Below, in pieces: positions 28,871 to 39,277 of a stretch of DNA of 64,000 bases. The notes below the pieces were generated by a model. It saw nothing but the letters and a program-made list of their open reading frames with translations. It did no database searches and was not told the origin of the DNA. The position numbers were made by a program, and so were the translations under genes. The number at the start of each line of letters is the position of its first letter. Within the stretch, counting starts at the first letter, position 1. Source of the stretch: Candidatus Thorarchaeota archaeon (GTDB lineage Archaea > Asgardarchaeota > Thorarchaeia > Thorarchaeales > Thorarchaeaceae); assembly GCA_038893995.1 (NCBI GenBank), contig JAWAQK010000005.1, positions 5,947 to 69,946 on the forward strand, given 5' to 3'.

Positions 28871-30088
28871 CTACTTGAGGCCCTTAGCGCTAACTATCTT
28901 GATCACGTCCCGGTCTTTTAGCACGTGTTTGTCTGAAATCCTCATCTTTGTCCTTGCATCGATTGCGTGTATGAAACTCTCCATAAGATCCGTGTGTATG
29001 TATCCGGCAAATTCCTTGGCCGTAGTACCCTCTGGAACCAGGAAGACATCAGGTAGCACATTCCCATCGGCATCGCTGAGCGTATTTGGGTCGTGAACAG
29101 GATAGACGGTTATCATCTTCAGGTAGTCAAAGACAGCTTCATTCAAGATTCTTTGGACTCCCGTACCTCCAAACTTCTTGAGGATGTCGGTACGAATTCT
29201 CTCCAGCTGGGCAAGATCGCTGGGAGCGAGCTGCTCCGGATGAACTATCTCAAAATCATCACTCCCTGAAACGTATCTTATCACGCCCTGCCGGTCTAGG
29301 GACCTCAACACCTTCTCTGCCAGCGCACTTGTGGGTACTATCAGTAGATTTGGCACTGCCTGTTTCATTTTCAGGTAGATTTCTGATGCTCCCGGCCTAT
29401 CGATCTTGTTGGCTGCAATTATGATTGGCTTCGAGGCCCTCTGAAGTGCCATTGCAAACTGCTTCATCTCATCTTTTGACCATCTATCAGCGACCTCTGT
29501 CTTGAGTCCCGAGTCCCGTATTGCCCTTGCTATGTGAGCTCTGGTGATGCTCAGTCCAGACAGCTTTTCCAAGAGTAGATCCTCCAACTTGGCCCCCTCT
29601 GCGCGCACCCTTCCCGTGATTCTTCTCCAATCCTTCTCCAATATACTGAGTATCCATTCTGAGATCTCGTCCTCCAAGAAACGTATATCGTCGATCGGGT
29701 CATGTGACCCTACGGTGACTTCTTGTCCCTCTGAGTCAAGTGAGCCGCTCGCATCCACTATGTGGATCAACACACTCGCCTGACGTAGATCATCGAGGAA
29801 CTGGTTTCCCATTCCTCTTCCCTCATGTGCTCCGGGCACGAGTCCTGCAACATCAATCATCTTTACGGGGACTAGCCTTGTTCCATCGATACACAGAGAG
29901 TTTCTTGGATTGTCCTTCACGCCAAAGTCCTTGCAGGCACATCTTGTCGTCACATGGGCCACTCCCACGTTAGCCTCAATTGTTGTGAATGGGTAGCTCC
30001 CGACCTTGAAGTCGGTCATGCAGGCTGCATTGGTGAAGGAGGTCTTTCCAGAGGACGGTTTGCCGACGATGCCAATGCTAAATACCAT
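28871..30088 (-). CDS. Obg/DRG-family GTPase with C-terminal TGS domain
   Basis: G1 GKPSSGKTS, G3 DVAGL, G4 NKID; C-terminal TGS-like beta-grasp; Cys-rich insert after G2. Confidence 0.8.
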   Translation of the reverse strand: MVFSIGIVGKPSSGKTSFTNAACMTDFKVGSYPFTTIEANVGVAHVTTRCACKDFGVKDNPRNSLCIDGTRLVPVKMIDVAGLVPGAHEGRGMGNQFLDDLRQASVLIHIVDASGSLDSEGQEVTVGSHDPIDDIRFLEDEISEWILSILEKDWRRITGRVRAEGAKLEDLLLEKLSGLSITRAHIARAIRDSGLKTEVADRWSKDEMKQFAMALQRASKPIIIAANKIDRPGASEIYLKMKQAVPNLLIVPTSALAEKVLRSLDRQGVIRYVSGSDDFEIVHPEQLAPSDLAQLERIRTDILKKFGGTGVQRILNEAVFDYLKMITVYPVHDPNTLSDADGNVLPDVFLVPEGTTAKEFAGYIHTDLMESFIHAIDARTKMRISDKHVLKDRDVIKIVSAKGLK

Positions 30089-30266
30089 TCAACCACCCTG
30101 TAGTAAGTCGATTGTTCATGCTCTGTGATAAACATCACCGTTCTGGGCCCGTCTTTATGCTCAGATTGCTTTCTTCATAATGTGCGTGAAGTCCGAGCCG
30201 ACTTCCGAATATACGGAGCTGAACGACCGGTGTGCAAGTACTTGAATGAGGCTGGACACGCCCCAT

Positions 30267-30464
30267 CTAGATGGGGGTATCCCCGTGTTTGAGTATGAGG
30301 ATCGTTACCATCGTCGCCGCAATCATGACAACTGTTACGAAGACAAATGGATTGATCCCTGCATGACTGGGCGGAAGAGGAGTCAGAGTGCCAAGCAGTG
30401 CTAGCACAGCACAGATCGCTAGAGCAATTATCGGAATCCAGCGCTTAGATTGCTCCATATGCAC
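30267..30464 (-). CDS. small membrane protein (two predicted TM helices)
   Basis: hydrophobic 65-aa ORF in operon orientation; weak. Confidence 0.3.
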   Translation of the reverse strand: MHMEQSKRWIPIIALAICAVLALLGTLTPLPPSHAGINPFVFVTVVMIAATMVTILILKHGDTPI

Positions 30465-30484
30465 AACACCGTATGGCTACTCTA

Positions 30485-30775
30485 TTATTGCTTTCGTGCA
30501 GCTTGACACAGTTCTACCAGCCTTGCATCAATAGATCTCAGGACGACCTTAATGAGATCTCCCAGTCGAGAAACAGACTTGATCAGGTGTGCGGCAACTT
30601 GATCGGTGTTGCCTCCGATTCCTCGAAGCACTTGAGTGCCCTCGCCCGACAAGAGACGGATTGATTCAGTCACAAGTATGAGCAGCTTCTGTATCTCTGT
30701 TTCTACTTGCTCTCGTTGATCTTGCACATATCTCCTCAGGGAGATAATGCCGTCAACATCATGCTCAGCTGACAC
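30485..30775 (-). CDS. hypothetical small helical protein
   Basis: 96-aa ORF co-oriented within the replication operon; no motif. Confidence 0.3.
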   Translation of the reverse strand: MSAEHDVDGIISLRRYVQDQREQVETEIQKLLILVTESIRLLSGEGTQVLRGIGGNTDQVAAHLIKSVSRLGDLIKVVLRSIDARLVELCQAARKQ

Positions 30776-30781
30776 ATCGTT

Positions 30782-31384
30782 TCACTCCTCTTTACTATCC
30801 AGCACCACCCTCGTCACGGTTCCATTTCTTAACCAGTGCTTTACATTTTCGTACGGGACAGAGGCAATGTCCTCAGCTTTGAATGGTCCGTACGTTTCGC
30901 CGTCAACTCCTACAAAGGCACTATCTATGGGCTTGATGAACCGCACAGTCACATAGTCCGTAGTGGTGTCACAGCTGGTGCCATCATCTCCAGCAGATCC
31001 CGATTTCCGAACAGACCCGCCGGCCAGTACCTCTTCCGCGAATTCCAGATGACCCGCTGACGCCCTCTGCAATCTGCCGAAGAATTCCTCCTCCGCATTT
31101 GTCATAGCCCCGGTGGGTCGTCTGTTTTCGAGTGCGTCCCTCAATATCTTATCGCGCCGGATTGACACTAGGTCATTCAACATGAACTCTACGTTCCTTA
31201 TCATTGCTGTTAGAAGCTCCGCTCTCAGCTGTTGTTCGGACGGAGTCTGTGCAAGATCCACTCTCAGCATGGTCAGGTACTCCATTGCCTTACTGAGTTT
31301 CGTGTCGTCAAGGTCCTGAAGGTCTTCATTTTCCATCTCGTTGGTCCAGAGCCGATTCAGGTACTCGTAGCCGTCCTCATTCAA
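30782..31384 (-). CDS. GINS subunit (Gins51/Gins15-like)
   Basis: helical A-domain plus small beta B-domain (YVTVRFIKPI...VGVDGETYGPF); adjacent to priS and pcna as in many archaea. Confidence 0.5.
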   Translation of the reverse strand: MNEDGYEYLNRLWTNEMENEDLQDLDDTKLSKAMEYLTMLRVDLAQTPSEQQLRAELLTAMIRNVEFMLNDLVSIRRDKILRDALENRRPTGAMTNAEEEFFGRLQRASAGHLEFAEEVLAGGSVRKSGSAGDDGTSCDTTTDYVTVRFIKPIDSAFVGVDGETYGPFKAEDIASVPYENVKHWLRNGTVTRVVLDSKEE

Positions 31385-32765
31385 CTGTTGCGACCCCCTT
31401 GCAGAGAAAGAACATCGCGGCAGAAAGAGGCATCTCGATAACCTCGTCCGTGTAAGGGCCGTAACTCACGTCTCCAATTCTGATTGGTGGGACTTCGACA
31501 CTGCTCCTGACTCTTATCTTTCGTTTTCCCTCAAACACAATGCTGTCGGAAAGAGGGTCAAAGTCATCCGCCTCGTCTCGTGTTACGGGTCTGACGAGGA
31601 ACCCTGTCTTTCCGTTCAGACTGCCTGCTAGACGAATGACGCGATGCAGATCATGTGTTACAGGTTCATCAATCTCGGCTCCCCATTTGCTTGCTGCACT
31701 AGTCAGGATCTCTTGCCATGTTCCATAACCTATGCCCTTCACCGGTCTGAGTATTGGCGGGTCTCTCTTGAGACCGTCAATGGTCTGCTGTCGCGTCACC
31801 TGGTTCTTCAGTATCTTCGTCCATCTGCTACTCTCTTGATACCCGTCGATTTCAGTGAGATAGCTGATCAACGCATCGGCAGCCTTTCCATGCCAGCCAG
31901 GCGTCCCTCTCCGAGGGACCACGATGACCCTTTCTTGTTGGCCCAGGATCCTTCTTGCGTTGATACCCCTCCCCGTAACGAAGTGTATGATCTCTATTCT
32001 CGCGCTTGAGTCGAGTTTCGACACATCCGGGTCTAGGACCCGCACATGATACCCTCTATGGCCGCTGTAGTTCACTCGGATGTTTGTTGGCTCGATGCCC
32101 AGGTCCTCAACGAGAAACTTGTCGTAAAGTCGGAGTGCATTCGTCTTTGCTAATCCCAGACATCTCTCACAGATCCACTTCAGTGTACCAAATGTGGTGC
32201 CGCCGCACTCAGGACAGCCATTGTCCGGAGGCTCATTTGTTCCCGTCCTGCCGCACTTCTTGCAGATCCACTTGTCATGTACGTTCTTGCAAGGAGAGTT
32301 CAGATGGTCTGCATCAATATCGAATACCAGTTCTGCCCCCTGCCAACCCTTCTCATCCATGTTCCTCGCGACAGGGGCTCTGTAGAACGCTGCCGAGTGA
32401 TATATGCTGTGAGGCGGAGACTCCACTAGGAATTGGGTCAACTCCTGCGCAGATCCAAAACCCAGATGGCGCGTCCAGTTGTTCCACTGAAGTCCGGATG
32501 CCCCACATCTCGGACATTTTCTTAGCGTGGGAAGGAATTCCGACCCCTTTTCACCGCAGCCGATCTCCTCGCTCACCACGAATGAGTGCTTAGAGAGAAC
32601 ATACCTCCTTTCTACTCTTCTTCTGTTGCAGGTCCAGTTGTACTTGAAGCTCTCAACTCCAAACTCTCTCATATTGAGCTTCTCGGGGATACTCACCTTT
32701 TCAGGATGAGCACGGTAGTGCGACTGGAAGGTCAACTGAATGAACTTTCGAGTCTTCCAGTCCAT
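31377..32765 (-). CDS. priS: DNA primase small (catalytic) subunit
   Basis: catalytic LVFDIDADH and SGHRGYHV motifs, zinc-knuckle cysteines; 462 aa, larger than usual owing to extra Cys-rich inserts. Confidence 0.85.
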   Translation of the reverse strand: MDWKTRKFIQLTFQSHYRAHPEKVSIPEKLNMREFGVESFKYNWTCNRRRVERRYVLSKHSFVVSEEIGCGEKGSEFLPTLRKCPRCGASGLQWNNWTRHLGFGSAQELTQFLVESPPHSIYHSAAFYRAPVARNMDEKGWQGAELVFDIDADHLNSPCKNVHDKWICKKCGRTGTNEPPDNGCPECGGTTFGTLKWICERCLGLAKTNALRLYDKFLVEDLGIEPTNIRVNYSGHRGYHVRVLDPDVSKLDSSARIEIIHFVTGRGINARRILGQQERVIVVPRRGTPGWHGKAADALISYLTEIDGYQESSRWTKILKNQVTRQQTIDGLKRDPPILRPVKGIGYGTWQEILTSAASKWGAEIDEPVTHDLHRVIRLAGSLNGKTGFLVRPVTRDEADDFDPLSDSIVFEGKRKIRVRSSVEVPPIRIGDVSYGPYTDEVIEMPLSAAMFFLCKGVATVE

Positions 32766-32857
32766 CTGTGCATTCTCCTCTATGTTTGTTCATGCACACT
32801 AGGGAGAGTTTCCCTGCCACATCCTGTGTGGTCGATCTTGTCCGCTCTACGGATCTG

Positions 32858-33613
32858 TCATCTCCTCTGGACCCTCGGAGCAAGAATAAAGCCGACTCTG
32901 CTTCCCTCTGCCAGATTGAAGTCGAGCGTGATTGGCTTGTTGGTGCTAAACTGAAGGATCACAGTGTCCCCCGAAACTGATCTTGATATCTCTGATAGGT
33001 AACTCAGGGCGTACATCGAGGTGGCGCTGTTCTTGACCTTCAGGTCAAAGAGGGCCGATTCGTCTCCCAGCTTGAGCACAACCTCTGCCTCTCCGCTGTC
33101 TCCCTCTCCCGCCAAGATGATGGCCTCGTTGTTTGCACTTATTCTAACATGACTGGAGAACACGCCCACATCACGTATTGCCTGTTTGAACCCTTCAGCA
33201 TACATCTCCGCCCGGACATCAAGTTCCGTAGATGGTCTTCGGGGAACGCTATCAGGTGGTGTCAACATCCTCAGCCTGAAGATTCTGTCAGCTTGACCTA
33301 GTGTTCGTATCTGGAACTTCTCCGCATCAGCATCCTCAATCACAAACTCGAGTCTATCGTCTCCCCCAAGTCGCTTGCTGATCTTCGCGAGCTCGTCCAC
33401 TCCGAGGCAGATTTGACGCTCTCTGTCACACATGTACTCTTGGAATACACTTGCTGGGAGCATCAGATCAATCATTGCAGCTCGTGACGAGTCCATCTGC
33501 CGTAGTGCGATTCCGTCACTGGATGCAACAAAGTGCGCTTCTGTGAGGAGCGTGGTCAGCGCATCCACGATCTGTTTCCACATCTTCGTACTGTCAAGGG
33601 TCGCCTTGAACAA
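32858..33613 (-). CDS. pcn: DNA polymerase sliding clamp PCNA
   Basis: 251 aa, PCNA two-domain pattern (MFKATLDSTKMWKQIVDAL...). Confidence 0.9.
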   Translation of the reverse strand: MFKATLDSTKMWKQIVDALTTLLTEAHFVASSDGIALRQMDSSRAAMIDLMLPASVFQEYMCDRERQICLGVDELAKISKRLGGDDRLEFVIEDADAEKFQIRTLGQADRIFRLRMLTPPDSVPRRPSTELDVRAEMYAEGFKQAIRDVGVFSSHVRISANNEAIILAGEGDSGEAEVVLKLGDESALFDLKVKNSATSMYALSYLSEISRSVSGDTVILQFSTNKPITLDFNLAEGSRVGFILAPRVQRR

Positions 33614-33626
33614 TTCTTTTCCTCCT

Positions 33627-33905
33627 TCACTTTACTGCCGCTCTCAGTGCCTTTTCCTCTAGTTCTAGTGCTCGCTTAAACTCTTTGATGTCCAGTCTGC
33701 TGATGTCGTGCACCTTCTCAGCAATCAACCTTATGCCTGTGTCGCTGCTCTCCGAAACACTCCCGACAATCATATACATTCTGCCCACCTCGAGTGTATC
33801 ATCCACGAGCACTTGAACTGTTCCAGCGTGTCCTATTTCATCAATAATGTCCTGAACCTGTGCCACTCCCTTGTCTGAATCAATGACGATGCACATGATG
33901 CTCAC
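33627..33905 (-). CDS. hypothetical small protein (92 aa)
   Basis: ORF co-oriented between TFS and PCNA; no motif recognised. Confidence 0.35.
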   Translation of the reverse strand: MSIMCIVIDSDKGVAQVQDIIDEIGHAGTVQVLVDDTLEVGRMYMIVGSVSESSDTGIRLIAEKVHDISRLDIKEFKRALELEEKALRAAVK

Positions 33906-34054
33906 TGGGTCGTTGAGCTGGTTAGAGAGGTTTCGTATACGCGTGAGTCTTGCTGATCGTCTACGCGGCTGTGAGATGTCCTCTGGTATCTCTCATCACC
34001 CACGAAGTAGTTCGGTGCTGCATGCTATGCAACCGCGGTATAAAGCATGTTTTG

Positions 34055-34408
34055 TCAGCGTCCTCCATAGTATCGCCAAGTATGCTTGCACTTGGTACAC
34101 CTGTAGAACTCAGTTGACCCCTCGTCGGCTCTCCTAGTCTGTACAGTCCAATAGTACGCAACTCTATTACCACACTTCTCGCAGACCGCGGTGGTTGTGG
34201 GCATCGGCACCTGGTCGTCCTCCACAATGACGATCTTGTCGCGTGGGGTCTTTGTGATCCTTCTAGTGACTGACATCTCCCCCCTTGACTGGTCTAGTGT
34301 CTTGACTGCACCACAACTACGGCACTTGAGCACCCTGTGGCCATCGTCTGTCGTGCTGACGGCCATCATTGCGCCGCACTTCTCGCAGAACTCCATGTCT
34401 TGTATCAC
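34055..34408 (-). CDS. tfs: transcription factor S (TFS / RpoM-like)
   Basis: N-terminal C4 ribbon (CEKCG...CRSCG) and C-terminal TFIIS ribbon with acidic hairpin (QTRRADEGSTEFYRCTKCKHTW). Confidence 0.9.
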   Translation of the reverse strand: MIQDMEFCEKCGAMMAVSTTDDGHRVLKCRSCGAVKTLDQSRGEMSVTRRITKTPRDKIVIVEDDQVPMPTTTAVCEKCGNRVAYYWTVQTRRADEGSTEFYRCTKCKHTWRYYGGR

Positions 34409-34611
34409 TTCGGAGATTGCCCGGTGAGCTCTTCAATTAAGGCTTACTGAAACATACAATACAATGTGTTTCACGATCTACGCTCCCTGGTCCCGCGTGA
34501 CATGACCGTGCTGAGTCGCCATTACCCAGTGAGATTCGAAATATTTATCTCGCTGCACTAGGCTTGCGCCCATTGCAGTAGTCCGGTGCAATGGACCTCT
34601 GTGACCGACAT

Positions 34612-34718
34612 GCCCCAGTAGCTCAGGTGGTTAGATCGCCTCCTTGGTATGGCGTCACGACCTGTGGTCGCTAACAGACAGGAGGAAGTCGCGAGTTCAA
34701 ATCTCGCCTGGGGCTCCA
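34612..34718 (+). tRNA. tRNA-Thr (anticodon GGU) with a 30-nt intron after position 37, CCA encoded
   Basis: acceptor GCCCCAG/CTGGGGC; anticodon stem CCTCC/GGAGG; loop TTGGTA then intron; T-loop TTCAAAT; palindrome CCATTGCA...TGCAATGG just upstream. Confidence 0.8.
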
Positions 34719-34814
34719 AATCTCCAGGCTCATTCTTCAACGCAAGTCGCCTCTGATTAGGTTGACCATGTACAGGACTGGATGCCTGCAATGATGTGAT
34801 AGGATGTGCTGTGA

Positions 34815-36011
34815 GTGGTCGTATATCGTGAGTATGTTGAAGGAAGTACGGCATTCATAAGTGCAGATATAGACTACTACACTACTTCAGTGCATCATCC
34901 CACCTCCGAACTGCCGATCTTTTACAACCCCCGCATGAAGGTAAACCGTGATCTGTCCGTGCTTGTGCTCGATGCTATTGGTTCCCGCAAGGAGATCCAT
35001 TCGATCTGTGAACCATTTGGTGGGTGTGGAGTAAGAACACTGAGGTATCTGAGGGAGTGCAGAGGTGATTTCGTAGCTCATGTGTTCGACATCAATCCTG
35101 TTGCTGTTGAAACCATCCGTCAGAATGTTCTGCGATACGACCTGCAAGATCGCGTCCGAATATTGTCTGGCGATGCAAGACGTCTGCTCATGGACGAGTC
35201 TCGTGGACGAGGCTTCGACATGGTTGACGTGGATCCATTTGGCTCCCCAGCACCATACTTGCCCTACGCCGTCCAATCAATTGGACCGAATGGTGGTCTC
35301 GTCGCAGCTACTGCAACAGATATGCCGGTCCTATGTGGTGTGTATCCGAGAGTTGCTCTCAGAAAGTACGGTGGGCTCTCCATTCGCGCCCCCTTCTCCA
35401 AGGAGATAGCCATCAGACTCCTCTTCTCTCTCCTGTTCCATGCTGCAGGCATGGCTGACATGTCCATACGTCCATTAGTGAGTCTGAGTGACGCACACTA
35501 TGTTCGGATCTGGGCCTGGGTTTCACGCAGTTGTGTCGAAGCGAATACTTCTTCTAAAGAGATTGGTATTCTGCGCTATTGCGACAAATGCATGAGTGTA
35601 GAGAAGATCCCCCTGTCGTCATTGGGAAATCACAGTCCTGAGCATCGGGATGGCTGTTCTCATTCACATCCCAGAATTGCTGGTCCTATTTGGCTAGGTC
35701 GCCTATGGAACCGTGATCTCATCGAAAACATCCTGACACTAATGGGCCGTCATGAATCAATCGTTTCTGACGTGCAACCTCTTGTGAAACTTCTATTGGA
35801 AGAAGAAGAACTGTCCGACATGCCGTATGTGGACATCCATTCAGTGTGTGACACCTACGGCTTGGTGCCTCCTCCGATGACTAAGGTTATCAATGCGTTG
35901 AGGGACCTTGGCTACAGGGTCTCTCGGACTCACTTCAGTGCAACGTCCCTTAGAACGGATGCGGAGATAGGAGACTTGGTCCGTCTCATTGAGCACCTGA
36001 ATGGAGGGTGA
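34815..36011 (+). CDS. trm1: tRNA (guanine26-N2)-dimethyltransferase
   Basis: Trm1 signature FYNPRMKVNRDLSV and SAM-binding fold; 398 aa. Confidence 0.85.
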   Translation: MVVYREYVEGSTAFISADIDYYTTSVHHPTSELPIFYNPRMKVNRDLSVLVLDAIGSRKEIHSICEPFGGCGVRTLRYLRECRGDFVAHVFDINPVAVETIRQNVLRYDLQDRVRILSGDARRLLMDESRGRGFDMVDVDPFGSPAPYLPYAVQSIGPNGGLVAATATDMPVLCGVYPRVALRKYGGLSIRAPFSKEIAIRLLFSLLFHAAGMADMSIRPLVSLSDAHYVRIWAWVSRSCVEANTSSKEIGILRYCDKCMSVEKIPLSSLGNHSPEHRDGCSHSHPRIAGPIWLGRLWNRDLIENILTLMGRHESIVSDVQPLVKLLLEEEELSDMPYVDIHSVCDTYGLVPPPMTKVINALRDLGYRVSRTHFSATSLRTDAEIGDLVRLIEHLNGG

Positions 36012-36637
36012 ACGGCGCAATGGGCCGGCCTCTTGATGAACGTCGGAAGGAGCATTACTACCGCGCTGCAAAGAAACACGGCTACCGAAGTCGATCCGCA
36101 TACAAGTTGAAACAGATCGCAAGACTGCACGGACTTCTGAAAGGTGTGAAGAAGGTCTTGGAACTCTGTAGTTGTCCAGGCGGATGGACTCAGGTGCTGA
36201 GAGAAATGGATGAATCGCTACAGATAGTCGCGGTCGACATCGAGGAGATGCGCGAGATAGAGGGGGTCGTCTTCATAAGAGGCGATATAACTGACCTCCA
36301 GACACAGTCTGAGATTCGACGGCTCACCGGCGGCTCAGTTGACTTGATACTATCTGACTGTTCTCCCAGAGTTTCTGGCAACTGGGATCTCGACGTGGCC
36401 AGACAGTTGTCTCTGGCCGAAACAACTATGATACTGGGAACCTCATTGCTCCGACCAGGAGGCCGAGTACTTGCAAAGGTGTTTCAAGGACCTGGGTTTC
36501 AGAATTTTCTCGAGTTCGTGCGCTCCAATTACGGGTCGGTGAAGCTGATAAAGCCTGACGCTTCTCGGAAGACTAGCGCTGAGATATACGTACTTGCTTC
36601 GAATCCTACTAGAAACAGCAATACTGGCATATACTAG
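36008..36637 (+). CDS. rlmE: 23S rRNA (uridine-2'-O)-methyltransferase RlmE/FtsJ
   Basis: YRSRSAYKLKQI...ELCSCPGGWTQV FtsJ motifs. Confidence 0.85.
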   Translation: MNGAMGRPLDERRKEHYYRAAKKHGYRSRSAYKLKQIARLHGLLKGVKKVLELCSCPGGWTQVLREMDESLQIVAVDIEEMREIEGVVFIRGDITDLQTQSEIRRLTGGSVDLILSDCSPRVSGNWDLDVARQLSLAETTMILGTSLLRPGGRVLAKVFQGPGFQNFLEFVRSNYGSVKLIKPDASRKTSAEIYVLASNPTRNSNTGIY

Positions 36638-37084
36638 CTAGCCCCAAAGCTCATCAGCCATTCCTCGAGTTTTCTGCACGAGAGCGGCGAATCTGTCTGT
36701 CGTACTCCACATCTGGCCAATTTCACGCAATGGAAGCACGGACATCCGTTGAGGTCTGATAGCCCGCCTTCTGCAGTTTCTGTGATGCTGTCTCGCAAGA
36801 TGAACTTCATCTCATCAGTTTCTGTTTTCTGCATAGTCAAACCCTCGGACATCGTTCGTTTCCATGAAAGTCCATGAATTGAGGCACAGTCATTCTCTTG
36901 ATGTGTCGCTGTTTCACAGACTTCCAGTACCGTTTAACGCATCGTCACTGATCTCGCTGATATCACACCATACGCACAATTGTTCCAACATTGCACGGAC
37001 GCATATTTAGTATTCGGAAGCGGTGTTCCGACCACAACATCATCCTATATGATGACCTATTCCAGTGTCCATGCCGTATTATCA

Positions 37085-37324
37085 TTATGAAGGTCTTCTC
37101 ATATATAAGTACAGCGTTTGACCAATCAGCTTGGATGTCCTCTCGATCTCCTGGGGACGAATCGCCACATATGGCCTCTTCACTGGACCAAACACGTCTA
37201 CAATACGACCCACATTCCTAACATCCTTGTCCACTACTACTGCGCCAACTGGCGGTGTCTTGTCAGTCTGCACAATGATGTGTCCCTGTTGGCTTATGTG
37301 CAGTACCTTGCCGAGCCTTCGCAC
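37085..37324 (-). CDS. gar1: H/ACA ribonucleoprotein subunit Gar1
   Basis: 79 aa, GKVLHIS...G.IIV...VGRIVDVFGPVKRPY signature. Confidence 0.85.
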   Translation of the reverse strand: MRRLGKVLHISQQGHIIVQTDKTPPVGAVVVDKDVRNVGRIVDVFGPVKRPYVAIRPQEIERTSKLIGQTLYLYMRRPS

Positions 37325-37327
37325 GGA

Positions 37328-37714
37328 CTATCGCCTCCTGGCGCCCCTATTTCTTCCTGCTCGTTTTTCCTGCGCCTTGTTTTCGCTCACTCGACTCGCC
37401 ACTATCTGGCGGGCTGCCTTCGCCAACATCAGTATTACTCTATTCTTCTTGTGTCCTCTTGGGTTGGTGATCACCAAGCGTCCTCGACCACTGAACCAAG
37501 TACGGGGATAGGCCTTGTCCCCCTCAACCCTTGCCTCGAGTCCTATGGTATCTGCAGCCTCCTTCAAGAGATCAGCTGTAGGACTTGGAACTGCAAGCTT
37601 GGCAGCAATTCGTCTTCCCTCGCTTCTAGTAAGGTTCTGGTCAAGGTAGGAGGGCCAAACAATCATCTCTCCCAAACGACGCTTCATCGATTCCCACCCG
37701 AGATGTATTTTCAT
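37328..37714 (-). CDS. srp19: signal recognition particle protein SRP19
   Basis: KAYPRTWFSGRGR... SRP19 core, basic tail. Confidence 0.85.
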   Translation of the reverse strand: MKIHLGWESMKRRLGEMIVWPSYLDQNLTRSEGRRIAAKLAVPSPTADLLKEAADTIGLEARVEGDKAYPRTWFSGRGRLVITNPRGHKKNRVILMLAKAARQIVASRVSENKAQEKRAGRNRGARRR

Positions 37715-37803
37715 GCTAGGTATCGTTTGAAAGACGTTTTAAGTTGTCCTGTTGTCACTTGGAGTAACCACCAACCTACTAACGGGGTGGAGGGCACTGA
37801 GAA

Positions 37804-38289
37804 TTGCCTCGCAAGAGTAAGGACATCTATTTTGCCGAGATAGCCGACCTTGTTTCATCTCGAAGCACATGTCTCAGAAACCAGGTCGGTGCGGTCTTGG
37901 TGAAGAACTCCCAGATTCTATCAACAGGTTACAACGGAGCCCCCAGAGGTCTCAGACATTGCGAGGATCTGGGCTGTATCAGGGAACAGTTGGGCGTAAG
38001 ACCCGGCGAGCGTCATGAGCTCTGCAGAGGGCTTCATGCCGAACAGAATGCACTCATCCAGGCCGCGTATCACGGAGTGAGTGTGGCTGGTGCAACTCTT
38101 TACTGTACGACAAAACCATGCAGCATCTGCACCAAGATGCTGATCAACGCGGGTGTACGGGAAGTAGTGTACTTGGAGGATTATGATGACGAGCTGTCAG
38201 ACAAGTTGATCCAGGAGTCTGGTATCTCGCTGCGGAAACTAGACCTGAGGCGTAGGTATGGCCGGAGCGGTCAGATTTCGGATGAATGA
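37804..38289 (+). CDS. dCMP deaminase (CDA-fold zinc deaminase)
   Basis: HAEQNAL and PCSICTKML zinc-binding motifs. Confidence 0.85.
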   Translation: MPRKSKDIYFAEIADLVSSRSTCLRNQVGAVLVKNSQILSTGYNGAPRGLRHCEDLGCIREQLGVRPGERHELCRGLHAEQNALIQAAYHGVSVAGATLYCTTKPCSICTKMLINAGVREVVYLEDYDDELSDKLIQESGISLRKLDLRRRYGRSGQISDE

Positions 38290-38347
38290 TCGCAGGAAAG
38301 ATTAAAGTAACTGACAGCAGCGTCATTGTCAGAAAGGTGCACTCCCG

Positions 38348-39277
38348 ATGGCAAGGTTTCGAAACCTCATCAGTATTCTGGATCTCACACGGGAAGACAT
38401 CGACCTAATACTCGACCGCGCGCATGAAATGGAAAACGTCTCCGCCAAACGCTCGGGCATTCTGGGCGACAAGATCATGGCCTGCCTGTTCTTCGAACCC
38501 TCCACGCGGACCCGCCTGTCATTTGAGAGTGCGATGTTACGATTAGGCGGAAAAGTGCTGGGATTCGCAGATGTTGCTGTGTCCAGCGCAGGTGGAAAAG
38601 GCGAAACCCTCGCCGATACAATACGCACGGTTGAGCGTTATGCCGATGTGATAGTCATACGGCACCCACTTGATGGTTCAGCACGGCTGGCCGCTGAGTT
38701 CTCAAGTATCCCAGTGATCAACGCCGGCAGCGGGTCTGAGGAACATCCGACCCAGGCGCTCTTGGACCTCTATTGCATAAAGAAGATCAAGGGCCGAGTT
38801 GATGGTATCAGCATCTCACTGTGTGGCGACCTGAAGTATGGACGGACTGTGCACTCTTTGGCCATGGCCCTCTCGCATTACGATGTACGTGTCAAGCTGG
38901 CATCTCCACCAGAACTGCGTATGAAACCGACAATCGTCGAGGAGATGAAGAGTGCTGGCATCCAGGTTGAAACTGCGGATAGTATCGAGGATGCGGTAAG
39001 GGATGTAGACGTCGTATACATGACCCGTATCCAGAAGGAGAGGTTCCCCGATGTGCGAGAGTACGATCTGGTAAAGGGGAAGTTCCGTCTGAAGTTGAGT
39101 GACCTGTCTCTCATGCGAGATGATACGATCATCCTTCATCCGCTTCCAAGAGTTGATGAGCTAGACCCCGCTATCGACAATACACGTCACGCCAAGTATT
39201 TTGACCAGGTCTCGGCAGGTGTTGTCACCAGAATGGCGATACTCGACCTCATTCTGAATCCCGAAAGAGACTCTTGA
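38348..39277 (+). CDS. pyrB: aspartate carbamoyltransferase catalytic subunit
   Basis: STRTR, HPTQAL, HPLP motifs; no pyrI downstream. Confidence 0.95.
   Translation: MARFRNLISILDLTREDIDLILDRAHEMENVSAKRSGILGDKIMACLFFEPSTRTRLSFESAMLRLGGKVLGFADVAVSSAGGKGETLADTIRTVERYADVIVIRHPLDGSARLAAEFSSIPVINAGSGSEEHPTQALLDLYCIKKIKGRVDGISISLCGDLKYGRTVHSLAMALSHYDVRVKLASPPELRMKPTIVEEMKSAGIQVETADSIEDAVRDVDVVYMTRIQKERFPDVREYDLVKGKFRLKLSDLSLMRDDTIILHPLPRVDELDPAIDNTRHAKYFDQVSAGVVTRMAILDLILNPERDS

Noticed and set aside
34558-34854. 98-aa minus-strand ORF
   Set aside because: It overlaps the intron-containing tRNA-Thr.
36634-36852. 72-aa minus-strand ORF with CPCFHC motif downstream of gar1
   Set aside because: It has no recognisable fold or partner motif and overlaps the rlmE stop region. 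It may be real but is unsupported.
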